From positions 1-37,945 of the forward strand of contig NW_021835898.1 in the NCBI RefSeq assembly GCF_006345805.1: a DNA stretch of 37,945 bases, in the 5' to 3' direction. The position numbers were made by a program, and so were the translations under genes. Shown piece after piece: positions 1 to 11,249 of the stretch. The notes under the pieces are model-generated. The model made no database searches, was not told the origin of the DNA, and saw nothing but the letters and a program-made list of their open reading frames with translations. Positions within the stretch are counted from its first letter, which is position 1. Every line of letters starts with the position of its first letter. This DNA comes from Octopus sinensis (Eukaryota).

Positions 1-1220
1 GAGCAACTCGACTGGCCTGTCGGTCCAGCCTCCCACGACGGAGGCACTGTTTTTGGACAGCATGGGCTTGCTTCCCCAGGTGACAAGCTGCAAGCCCATT
101 GACTTTTCTGGCTGATTTTCCCTCCTATCACCACTTCCTAGTCTTTCAGTGTATCTCCGACAAGCTCAATGTAGTTGTGGATAGGCACTATAATGGTGGG
201 ACACGCTCGTCCCACATCCCAATTCTCGTGGGATGCCCCTCAACAGCGCTAGCTTCCACAGTAGTGGTTCAAGGGTCAACATGTACAGAAGTGACAAGAG
301 GGGACATCCCTGATGGACTGAATGTGCAATGTCGATTGGTCTTGATAGATGCCCATTCACGCGAATTACCGATCAGATGCCTTTGTATAGGGCAGCGATC
401 CAGCCACGGAAAGTGGGACCAAACCCAGCAGTTATGAGGATAGCTTTCAAGTATTAATGGTCTACCCTGTCGAAAGCTTTAGATTGATCCAAATTGATCA
501 GTGCCCCACACATGCCAGATTCCTTAACCACCCTCTCTATGATGTAGCGCATGAGGTGGAGGGTGGCATGGATGCTCTGACCCAGCACAGCGCACGTTTG
601 CGCCTTGAGAACCAGTTTTGCAATGACAAGCACCGACCTCTTGGCTAGCACCTTGGCCAAGATTTTAAAGTCTGCATTGAGCAGAGTGATGGGCCTAAAG
701 TAATCTACTATGTCCCCCTTGTTTGGATCTTTCTTTAGCAACATTACAAATCTTTGGCTCACAAATCTGGGTTATGCTCCCATTTTGCTGCCAGTTGCAG
801 AACACTGTTGCCAAGACACCTCCAAACAAGTCTGGCATACAATTGTAAAGATCGAAGTGCAGATGATCCAAACCTGGCGATTTGTCCCTCGCCCAATCTG
901 CCTTTGTGTCCCGCACATCCACTACTGTCATGGCACCTTCGCAACACTTTGCCTCTCTTGCCAAGAGTCGTGGTAGGCTATGCAGGGAGGCACTAAAGTC
1001 CACCCTGCATTCTCGCCCACCACTTGTCCTGAAAAGTCAGGTAAAGTGCTCCTCAAAGGCCTCACACATTTTACTAGATTCCAGTAATTCGCAGCCCTCT
1101 TCAACCATCTGAGACCAAATGGTGGATTTGTTGTGCTGTTGTGTCTCCACCATCTGGGCCTCTAGCACGGCTCCAGTACCTATGTTTCTTAGAGCACGCA
1201 CACTAGCCAGATAACGCACC
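1..1220 (-). mobile_element. Degenerate Tx1/L1-clade non-LTR retrotransposon, reverse transcriptase region (frameshifted; runs off the left edge)
   Basis: Consecutive minus-strand frames give KSPGLDHL..DLY (695-1003), DYFRPITLLNADFKILAKVLAKR...LINLDQSKAFDRVDH (454-762) and SVHQGCPLLSLLYMLTLEPLL (166-360). These are non-LTR RT motifs in canonical order. Confidence 0.9.
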
Positions 1221-1855
1221 CTTCATGCTTGACAGATAGATATATAGGATGGAGGGACAGATGGAAGGATGGACAGAGTGATAGATAGATTTGTGACCCT
1301 GGGAGATCTGGTTGCTATTGCTGACTGTAGGTCTAGAAATATATCAATCATTTATACATCAGAATTCCTTCTTTTTGCTTCACCCTATAATTTCTCTCTG
1401 TTTCTCTCTCTCTCTACCATCCCACGGAATCACACGAAGATCTTGCTGCTCTTTCTAGCATATCAGATGTCACAGTTTAATTGATCTGTGGCAGTTCATT
1501 AGTTTTTCGTGACAGACTGACACAAGGCTTACAAACAGAAGTTAATTTCAGAAGTATAGCAAACCGGAGGGACCTTTGGCTGCTATTTCAGACAGCTCTA
1601 CCTACCATTTATTGCCTCATACACACACAAGACACTAGCCTATAATGCAGGTCTTTGCTTCGGACAGAACAGAGTTTGATGTATGGTTTTAGGGGATTTG
1701 ACTGCTATTTCTAGAATATGTATTCATACAACTATATACAATATATATTGTTGTTGTTGTTATAGTATGTGTGTATGTGTGTGTATAAGTCGCTGATGAA
1801 GTAGATTCGTTGATGTGTCGGAGAAAATATTTTAACACTATTTCATCCTTCATCA

Positions 1856-1930
1856 TGTTGTGTGTTCAATTCTTGCAGAGGGTGAGTTTGCCTTTCATCG
1901 TTCTGGGGTTCATAAATTAAGTTCTAGTCA
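1856..1930 (+). mobile_element. Decayed SINE fragment (same family as 13335-13480)
   Basis: GTGTTCAATTCTTGCAGAGGGTGAGTTTGCCTTTCATCGTTCTGGGGTTCATAAATTAAGT aligns by eye with GAGTTCAAATTCTGCTAAGGTTGACTTTGCCATTCATCCTTTCAGGGTCAATAAATTAAGT at 13341. Confidence 0.55.
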
Positions 1931-2589
1931 AGTATTATGGTCAATGTAATCATTTAGCTGCTCCACTAGCATTTAGGGGCATTTGGCTGCTATTTCTAAA
2001 GGCTGTAGCTATGAAGTACAATTCGACTTTCATGTTACACACCCAATTTTAATACCACTTCAAATGTTGAAATATCTTCTTTCTACTGGACTTTATTTCT
2101 ATTATTAGATTTGTAAGTAGTGAAATGGTGCCAGCACTCCTTCCCTTGGCTCACTCACCCTCTCAGCAACCCTGCAACACGACAGGAACGTCACGTACGC
2201 ATTATATTAGATAAAATACCATTAACTCTCTCTCTCTCTCTCTCTCTCTTTCAGCAGATTAAACTTAAGATGTTGACCAAAGACGATTCTTATCAGCAGA
2301 ACAGGACACACACACACACACACACACACATGCAAAGCAAGGGTGTCTGTACAAGTTTGCATGGTCTACAAGAAATAGCAACCAATTTTCCCCTAATCAC
2401 ACTTATCATATAGCTTATTAGATAGTGTAGTTCAAAATATATATGTGCCAACGTGATGGTCATGGTTGAGATGCATGTTATCATGTCTGCACGATCAATG
2501 CTGACCTGCTTCCAGCTGTGGCTGTATAGTAAGAAATTTGCTTCTCATTTAATATATGAAAATATGCCACAAACCTATTTTACACCAGT

Positions 2590-2656
2590 TGAACCATCCA
2601 ACCCATGCCAGCATGGAAAACAGACGTTAAACGTCGATGATGATGATGATGATGAT
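2590..2656 (+). mobile_element. Short RTE 3'-terminal fragment with (GAT)n tail
   Basis: CCATCCAACCCATGCCAGCATGGAAAACAGACGTTAAACGTC followed by (GAT)n is the reverse complement of the termini at 8664-8735 and 20159-20215. Confidence 0.7.
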
Positions 2657-3539
2657 AATGTTTGCTTATGCATAAACACTGTAATATATATATATATATA
2701 TATACAGGGTGGAAATGAGGTGTTTTTACTGCATTTTTGACTTTGGAGCAAAATATATTTCTTACACATGTTCACTACCTTACAAGAACGACATCAGCTG
2801 AGCAAATGGCCTTCCCAAATGGCATTGAAAATATTATCACATAATCTGATCATAATTTCAGAAAATTATCGCCATTCTCTTTCAGGATATAAAAGGCAAA
2901 CTTGACTGGGGCAAAATGAGTAAGCTGAGATAAAGTGAATTTGCTGCTTTATTTCTCCAGAAAACAAACTCAGACACATTAATATCCATCGTTAGACATG
3001 AGAAAGAATTGAAATGCAAAACAAAAGAGAAATTTAAATAATATCTCGGTCAAATGAAAGAGGATCAAAAGGAAAATTGCACACGATATGAAATTAATGA
3101 ACCTCAACGAAATAAGGAAAACCTCACCGAAAACATTCTCTATAGCTTCTTCAGAATTTTCTGGGATGTCCTCTTCCTGATATATTTAAACACGATACAA
3201 TTAAAGAGAAGAAATTATTGAATTACTCATTTTACACCATTTTAGACATCAGTTTTTGAAACTTCAAAATTATCAAATTAGACATTAATGTGGGAAGAGA
3301 ATTGAGTTGGATTCCAACAGAGAAAAGAATATTAATTATTAAACCACAAAAATTATCCAGTTATTTCATTAACAGTCTTAATTACCAAAAGCTGAGTAGA
3401 AATGTATTGGGAAAAATGGTACCTGTCTCCTGACAATGTTTCAAACTCTCAACTTCACCAACAACAACAACAACAACCATGCTGACCAATCTTCATTCCC
3501 GAAGAGGAGGCAACAGCACAAAATAACGACGCCATACAT

Positions 3540-3910
3540 GCAATGTAATGATTTCAGACAGGTAGGGAGAAAATAACGAGAAGCCAGATCCCCACCTCTT
3601 CAAAAGCATGGTTCTACATGCAATACTCCATGCAGGTGAAATGTGGGTGATGCTGGGAACCTCCTTCAGAGATCTCATCTGAAACAAGCAGGTCAGGCAA
3701 AGAACTGGAGTGAAGGACACTATCGCAGAACACCGTCTGAACAAACAGAGATGAGCTGCACATGTTGCACGGTGCACCAAGAAATGGTGGCTCTGTGCAG
3801 TTGTCGAATATTTCCTCCCTGGACAGATGGATTATTCTTTTTTTTGTTTCAGTCATTTCAACAGGTAGGGAACTGTCCACGTGAAAAGCACAATGTTCGA
3901 AGGTTCAATC
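3540..3910 (+). mobile_element. Highly decayed RTE-like ORF C-terminal fragment
   Basis: Hand translation from 3587 gives DPHLFKSMVLHAILHAGEMW, resembling the RTE HLF.S.VLP.LLYG.E.W motif. A later segment, CPREKHNVRR, resembles the P.R..KR..GRP motif. Confidence 0.4.
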
Positions 3911-4021
3911 CAACAACTTTGAGCAACTGACCTTGTGCTTTGTTAATTTTTCATAGCGAATCTGGGTTCTAGAATGAACTGATATTTCTGCTTAGGGTAG
4001 AGGGGTGGCAGTCTGTTGGGT

Positions 4022-4830
4022 TTAACGGAATGAAAACGGTATCATTTCGCTGTGATTCATGATAATTTGGGCTTCTTGGAGACCTGGAGGATGTTGGGTG
4101 TTGGGAAATTCTGTTGGAAAGTGTGTAACCTGATTGAGGTTGGTCATGGTGTCAACCGATCTGTAACAACATTCTTGAGAAGGTAGCTGACTGAGTAAGT
4201 CGTAGTTAAGAGTGTTGATAGCTGCATTTGTAGGTGCAAGAACAGGCCTGACACGAAGCCAATCTGGTTTTATGTATTCCGTTGTAAGATTTGGGTAAAT
4301 GGCAGAACATAAGTCATCAGGGCTAGATTCAGTGTGGCTAATGATGGTAGTGTCAATGTATCCATTGCCGTCGAACGTAATTTGTCCATTGACGATTTTA
4401 AAGAGCATTTGCAAAACCTGAGCTGTAGGCTGACCAGTCTGTAGGAGTGATCTCATGTTGTTGGTGAGTTCGTTTCGATTGGACATGCGACCAAAGGAGG
4501 GACTTTTTAAGGCAGGCATTAAGGTCATCAGTGGGTGTTCCTTTGGGTATAATAGGCAGAGTTTATGGAAAATCTCCTGCAAGAAGCAGAGTCACACCTC
4601 TAAGGATGTTGTTGTTTGATCTAAGACCCCTCATTGTGATATGAAGTGCATGTAGGGAACATTTAGGGGACTTTGTTGCTTCAACCCAAACAACGAGTTT
4701 GCACTTCTTCAAGACTGCCACTTCGTCCGAGTAATGCATTGTGTGGCACGTTGGGTTCTTTGATGTGCTACATTGAAAGGCAATTTGAAGGCAGAGTCTG
4801 CTGTGCGTCCATCGTCGAGAAGAGTTGATA
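4022..4830 (-). mobile_element. Helitron Rep/Hel helicase (Pif1-like) fragment, decayed
   Basis: Translations include DDGRTADSAFKLPFN (expected GGRTAHSAFKLP), CKLVVWVE and LLLAGDF..TLPIIP (hand translation, about 4540-4710), and DWLRVRPVLAPTNAAINTLN..LLSQLP...YRSVDT...FPTEFPN...PPGL (ORF 4022-4582). Confidence 0.85.
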
Positions 4831-4844
4831 ATGTATATATATGT

Positions 4845-4858
4845 GTATGTATATATGA

Positions 4859-4939
<81 letters not shown>

Positions 4940-4940
4940 C
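4845..4940. repeat. (TA)n/(TG)n compound microsatellite interrupting the Helitron helicase
   Basis: Dinucleotide runs are directly visible. Confidence 0.9.
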
Positions 4941-5438
4941 ACACTGCTAAACAAGGAGTTTTCGGTAACTGACATAATGTTATAGGTATGTTGTAAGAGT
5001 GGTCAGTTTGGCTTACTACCCTGGCTTCAACTGCATCTGAAAAATCTGGTATTGAGTCTGTCCATCTAAGATGGTTAGATGTAGTTCCTCTCTGGACAGA
5101 TGGACAGAGATTAAAATAGAAAATGATAAAGTAAGTTTAGACACAGAATATAATGAGACAGAGCCAAGCCTCTGTGTTAAAAGTTTTTTTCAATGAAGCA
5201 AAATGTTTTGATTTTTCATTTTCTATTTTAATATGGATTTGGTGGAAGGAGACCGAAAGAAGCCCAGGCTTACAAAGATAAATCTGAACTGGGGTCAATT
5301 CATTCAGCTACAATTGTTACCTCCACACATATCAGGCACGTGCCATCAGTAATTACTCAGGGTAGGCAGTTGGTGACCAAGCAAACCAGAGGCATGTGAC
5401 TGAGTTGAAGGCAGATTTCCTTCTGCCTTTATAACACA

Positions 5439-6274
5439 CTAGCAGAATTGCCCGGCGTTGCTCGGGGCTGAATTACTTGAAAGTACTGTTAATGATTGCA
5501 CTGAATGATGATGATTATTCAGGCAAATATTGATATAAGTTTACGCTGGGAGATAAGGACTTAACGATCAAACGTGTGCCATTGCATTGTTTTGGGGAAA
5601 CCAAATTTCTGATGAGCATTATAGGGGCACCAACTTTAAGTTTGAGAATGTGTGGTGGTAGTCCGGGGTGCTCAAAGGAATTGAGTACCTCTATTGGATA
5701 GTTGATGACGTCCTCTGGGTCAGGAGTTGTATCGATAGACTGATATACATAGACTTCCCCAGGAATGAGTTTTAGCATTTCATCATTAATATGGTGAACA
5801 GTTTTATTCCTCGGGGCCAGTATAGCCTTTTTGCCAATCCAATCCATATTCTGATAATTAGCTTGTAGATCTTGGAACACTGCATCAGAAGGCGTCTTAA
5901 CAATGTTACAAATGGAATCGATGGCAATATTACCATTTTCATCCCCTGGTATTTTGCCTTCGCCAAGTGCAATGAGGGTGTGAGGAAATGCTGCTGATGT
6001 GATATTACGTCGCATATGAGCACGCATATTGGTGTGAAGTTTGAGAGTTACTTCCCTTAATTTAAAAAAATGCATTAAAATGGGAAAAAATGATGGTAAA
6101 TTATTTGTAAAATCATAGACTCATCGTAGATGCGCGCTAATACCCAGAAGGGCTCGATATGAATCACAACTATAAGATACTCGGTTTTGGTTAAACTGCA
6201 TCGCAAAATGTGGGAGTAGTTAGGAATCTAAATCGGAGTAGACAGACACACAACCTTTCTTTTATATATAAAGA
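5439..6274 (-). mobile_element. Non-autonomous Helitron (836 bp) carrying a helicase segment
   Basis: The minus-strand 5' end is A|TCTTTATATATAAAAG (6274). The 3' end is a CCCGAGCAACGCCGGG hairpin plus CAATTCTG-CTAG|T (5439), inserted at an AT target. ORF 5515-6075 encodes KAILAPRN..V..IND..LKLIPG..Y.SIDT...YPIEVLNS..PGLPPHILKLKVGAPIMLIRNL...CNGTRL, the Pif1/Helitron helicase C-terminal part. Confidence 0.92.
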
Positions 6275-6650
6275 TTTTCGTCCTAAAAAACTTTGTATGG
6301 AGTGAATGGTTACCTCTATGGAAATATATACACACACATTATACATACATGTGTGCATAGATGAATATATAAATACATTTATATATCTATATACACTTTT
6401 GGACGATCTTTCTGCTTCTTAGAGATAACTTTAGATGTTATATTCGTCCTAAATAACTTTGTATGAATTGAAAAAGTAAATGAATTGAAATTCTAAAAGA
6501 AAGGAATTTGTTTACATACATGTGTAAAATGGCAAATGTTTGTGCAGTTGTCCGATGGAACTGATGTATTATAATGAATAGTCCTTCTTCTTGTGAATAT
6601 TAATTTGATTAATATGAACTGAAAACCAGTGGTGTAGCATAGGTGATTTT

Positions 6651-7348
6651 CTAGCAAAAAGGATGACCAGTCTGAATGGGTCGTCCCTGTCACACACACA
6701 CACACCACGCACCCTCACACACACACGCACACACACACACCCACACACCACACAACACACCCACACACACACACACACGTTAGCTTACAATGTCTGTCAA
6801 CAATTGACACTGTCGTATATATTAGCGTGTCTATGTGTCTAAAGAGGAAGTGGGAGTAATAGGCAGAGTAAAGGCTTCAAAGTGAAATGTTAAAATATTG
6901 ACTTTTCTCGAATTTTGTCTTAATTGGGGGTGAAATTGAAAGAAATTTTGTATGGCATGACCCAATGGAAGTTCTTTGAAAATTCATAGGTAAAGTCTAA
7001 TTGAAGAAATTGTGTGAGGAGTAAATCATTATGTATTTATTTGTTTCTGTTTGCTGCTTTCTTTTTGAATATTACATCTAGTTTCACTTTATTCGTTGCA
7101 CACTGTGTGTGTGCGTTTGCGTGTGCTGTAAACCAGACTAAGAAAAGCATTTGACATACACACCAGAATGTGAGTTTTCTGTAAATTTTGCTTAATTGGA
7201 GTTTAAATTTTAAAAACTGGACCTGGCATGACCCGATGCATTCTACTCTTAAAAATGCTAGGTAAATTGTAATTGAAGAAATCCTATATTGTAGATTTCT
7301 ATAAGTTACAAAGGGAGGCAGATAAAATCTGCCTTTTATAATAAGAGA
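6651..7348 (-). mobile_element. Possible Helitron-like non-autonomous element of a second family
   Basis: The minus-strand 5' end A|TCTCTTATTATAAAAGGCAG at 7348 is followed by an AGGCAGAT/ATCTGCCT hairpin. A candidate 3' CTAG at 6651-6654 lies beside a GGATGACC/GGTCGTCC stem, but its flank is A rather than T. An internal block is duplicated (GCATGACCC..ATG...AATTGAAGAAAT). Confidence 0.4.
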
Positions 7349-7777
7349 TAAAGAAAACGGTATTGTAGGAGTGTACGCAACAAGTGTACTACGGCATTAC
7401 TATGCATAGCTTAAATACTCAGATTGAAAAGCAGGGGTCAATGATGTCTACCGAATCTACAAAAAATAAGATATTTTGTATTTTATGCATAGTAATCAGA
7501 GTAACCTTCATAATTTTATTAAATTAGTTGCATATTTTGCCATAAAAGGAAAATGTTGCTATTGACCTATTTTTTTCAATGTAGGCACTGCCTAACTTGC
7601 CTACAGAGGTGGCATGTCCCTGATGCATATATAAATATTACGATTTGGTTGTTTCGCTAAATTTTTTTTCAGAACATTGCTTAGTTGTAAGACCATAGCG
7701 GACCTATTTCTGTATAAGGGTGTCCACATAGTGGTTTCCCTCTAATAAATATATATATATATAATATATATTATATT

Positions 7778-8034
7778 AAATTAGAGATAAATCCATTATT
7801 AGGTAAATCAAACAATGTAAAACATAAGCCAATACATAAAATTAATTAATTTAAATTATTTTTAAAATATATCAAAAGTATTAAAAGTTTAATAAATGAT
7901 AAAGAGTAAAACACATTTATTAAACTTATAATACTTTTGATATATTTTTAAAATAATATAAATTAATTAATTTTATGTATTGGCTTATGTTTTTCATTGT
8001 TTGATTTGCCTAATAGTGGTTTTATCTCTAATTT
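7778..8034. repeat. AT-rich long inverted repeat / foldback (MITE-like)
   Basis: The arm at about 7778-7898 is the near-perfect reverse complement of 7914-8034, for example AACATAAGCCAATACATAAAATTAATTAATTT versus AAATTAATTAATTTTATGTATTGGCTTATGTT. The spacer is 15 nt. Confidence 0.88.
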
Positions 8035-8043
8035 TATATAATA

Positions 8044-8549
8044 CTAGCAGTATCGCCCGGCGTTGCTCGGGTTTGTAAGGGAAATAACTATATAAGCATT
8101 TTTAGAGAGTTACTTCCCTTATAAATTCGGGCTTTCTTAGCCATTTTTGTTTTGGTGTCTTCAAGCCATGAAGTCGTTGTTCTAAAAGAACGCTGGTTTC
8201 CTTCACAACGCATTACGACGTTGATTTCTTTACACTCCCTTCCCCACAGCTTCACGAGGGAGGGAAGGGGGAGAAGCAAACAGGTGCAGCTGTGAGCGTG
8301 GACGCCAACTCCGCTGCCATCGACACACGATGCATTTTATGCATTAAAATGGAATAAAAAATGATGTTAAATTATTTTTAAAATCGTAGACTCATCGTTG
8401 ACGCGCGCTAATAGTCAGACGGGCTCGATATGAATCACGACTATAAGATACCCGAATTTGGTTAAACTGCACCGCAAAATGTGGGAGGAGTTAGGAATCT
8501 AAATCGAAGGGGACAGACATTCACACAACTAGAGTTTTATATATATAGA
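8044..8549 (-). mobile_element. Non-autonomous Helitron (506 bp), same family as 5439-6274
   Basis: The 5' end is A|TCTATATATATAAAAC (8549). The 3' end has the same CCCGAGCAACGCCGGG hairpin and CTAG|T (8044). About 210 bp at the 5' end (8338-8549) match 6070-6274. Confidence 0.9.
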
Positions 8550-8663
8550 TAATATAATATATTTATACTATAAAAGTGGATTTAATCCTAAATCTGATTT
8601 TTCCACGTAAGTTTGGATTTATTCCCTAATATTTTATTATATATATATATATTATATATATAT

Positions 8664-9714
8664 ATCATCATCCTCATCATCATCATCATCATCGTCATTT
8701 AGCCTCCGCTCTCCATGCTAGCATGGGTCGGACGGTTCAACTGGGGTCTGGGAAGCCATAAGGTTGCATCAGGCCCAGTCTGATCTGGCAGAGTTTCAAC
8801 GGCTTTATGCCCTTCCTAACGCCAACCACTCCGTGAGTGTAGTGGCTGCTTTTTACGTGCCAAGCAAACAGGTGCCAGATGGGGCCGGCAAAATGGCCTC
8901 AGAGAGATGGTGCTTTTTACGTGCCACCTGTACGGGGACCAGGCGAGGCTGGCAACGGCCACGATCGGACAGTGATTTTTGCATGCCACTTGCACGGGGG
9001 CCATGCGAGGCTGGCAATGGACATGAACAGATGGTGCTTTTTACATGCCATCGGCACGGGGGCCATGCGAGGCTGGCTATGGCCACGATCAGATGGTGCA
9101 TTTTACGTGCCACCGGAGGCCAGTCGGGGTAGCGCTGGCAACGGCCATGATTGGATGGTTCGCTTACTTGTCACCGGCACTGGTATCACAGCTGCAATTT
9201 CCATTGATGTTGATCGACTTCGATTTTGGTTCTGCTTTCTGATATCTGATATGATTTGATTTGATTTTGATTTTGATTTTGATTTTTGATTTTCACTTGC
9301 CTCAACGGGTCTTCACAAGAGGAGTTTTGTGTCCCTAGAAGGAAAAAAAGTATGTATAAGTCGACTGGCTACATACCGGTAGAGGCCACGGGTTATAGTC
9401 TCACTAGTCTTGCCTGGTCTTCTCACACACAGCATACTTTAATAGGTCTCGGTCTCTAGTGATTTCCTTGGTGAGACCTAAAGTTCGAAGGTCGTGCCTC
9501 ACCAACTCATCCCAGGTTTCCCTGGGTCTACCTCTTCCACAGGTTCCCTCAACCACTAGGGTGTGGGACTTTTGCACACAACTATCTTCAGCCATTCTCG
9601 TCACATGACCATACCAGCGCAAACGTCTATCTTGCACACCACAACTGATGCTTCTTAGGTCCAACTTTTCTCTCAAGGTACTTACACTCTGTCAAGTAAG
9701 AACACTGACATTAC
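8664..9714 (-). mobile_element. 5'-truncated RTE-clade LINE: ORF C-terminus, 3' UTR with internal ~65-67 bp tandem units, (GAT)n tail
   Basis: ORF 9404-9676 reads RRLRWYGHVTRM...GTCGRGRPRETW, the RTE C-terminus. The UTR carries 4-5 diverged units of GATGGTGCTTTTTACGTGCCAC at about 8845-9155. (CAT)n is at 8664-8697. Confidence 0.9.
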
Positions 9715-9720
9715 ATATAC

Positions 9721-9764
<44 letters not shown>

Positions 9765-9920
9765 TATATATATATTTATATATATACATACACACACACA
9801 CACACACATATATATAGATATATGTATATGTATATGTATATGTATATCTATATGTATATGTATATGTATGTATGTATATATATCTATATGATATAAATAG
9901 ATAAAAATATATACACATAC
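9715..9920. repeat. Compound (TA)n/(CA)n/(TATG)n microsatellite
   Basis: Directly visible. Confidence 0.9.
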
Positions 9921-9924
9921 AAAT

Positions 9925-10785
9925 ATCATCATCATCATTTCAATTCTGTTTTCCATGCTGACATGGTTGAACAATTTGAGAGGAACGAACCAGTAGAAGG
10001 GCTGCCCAAGCACCATATCTGTTTTGGCAGGGTTTCTATTGTTGGATGCCCTTCCTAACCCCAACCACTTTACAGAGTGTACTGGCTGCTTTTATACAGC
10101 ATTGACAGGGGTACATTCATCTGACACCAGTACGGGTATTTGTTACATGACACCAGCACCCACAAGATTAGGAATGAAGGGGACAAGACTGTATGCAGGG
10201 ACAACAATGCTTTTACTTGGCACATCTTCTCAAGCACAGCAAACCACCCGGAGTCTTGGTCCCTTGCCATCCCCTCTGTGAGTCCCAACATCTGTAGATC
10301 CTTTCTCACCCCTCTGTCCAACGTCTTCCTGGGTCTATCCCTTCCACATGCTCCTTCTATAATTAGACATCAGCACATCTTGGTGCAACGGTCTTCATCC
10401 ATACACATTACATGCTCACACCAGCGCAGTCTTCTCTCTCTTGTACGCTAACCCTGGTGCCTCATACACCCATTCTTTCTCTCAAACCACCACTTACACC
10501 CTGTCATATATGCACACTGACATTACCCATCCATCGAAGCATACTTGCTTCACTTCTTTGAAGCCTTTGCAGATCCTCAGTAGTCACAGTCCAGCTCTCA
10601 CTGCCACGTAGCAGAGCTGTTTGTACGCAGGCATCATACAGTCTGTCTTTCACTCTGACGGAATGGCCCTTCGTTACAAACAGTGGTGGTAACTCTCTGA
10701 ACTCCACCCAGCCTATTCTTATTCTAGAAGCTGTGCATTCAGAATCACCTCCCACTACTAGTAAATTGGTCACCTAATCAACGGA
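9925..10785 (-). mobile_element. 5'-truncated RTE-clade LINE of a second subfamily with (GAT)n tail
   Basis: ORF 10504-10773 reads RIRIGWVEFRELPPL...RLYDACVQTALLRGSESW...RLQRSEASMLRWM. ORF 10070-10321 reads VRKDLQMLGLTEGMARD...W.AVLEK. The terminus GGATGCCCTTCCTAACCCCAACCACT is shared with the other copies, and (CAT)n is at 9925. Confidence 0.88.
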
Positions 10786-11249
10786 AGCACCAAGAATTTT
10801 GTCCATCAGCCTGTATACATGACCTGTGTGGGGCAGCAAGGACTTAAGTAACCATCACCTACATAAGGGTTCCAATTGTGGTTTCTCATTATACACATCT
10901 TCATCTAGTTTGTGCTATCCTATCCATCCTCTTGATGGCTTTCTTCAGTTGTTGGGGTCCCACCCTTATCTTCTGCAGGATATAACACACTGATGTAGTT
11001 GGAAAGCCATAGCAGCCAATTTCAACGGGAAACGAGGCCATGTACCATCCCTTTACAAGGGCCTAGTGGACTAATCCTCATATTTTGTTGTCTTTAGCAG
11101 GTATTGCTATGAGATTAGTCAAGGCCTGGACCGATTCTGTCTGAAACTTGTCTCAGTAATCTAAGTAAATACACAGGATAAGGAAATGGGGAAAGAGGTT
11201 ATTCTGCAATGTCTAACTCTGTAGAAGACTCCCCCATTGACTCATACGT

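Noticed and set aside
2700-2770. Tc1/mariner TIR (TA|CAGGGTGG...)
   Set aside because: No matching inverted copy was found in the window.
8764-9259. GC-rich 122-126 aa ORFs as host genes
   Set aside because: They lie entirely within the RTE 3'-UTR tandem units and mirror the satellite ORFs.
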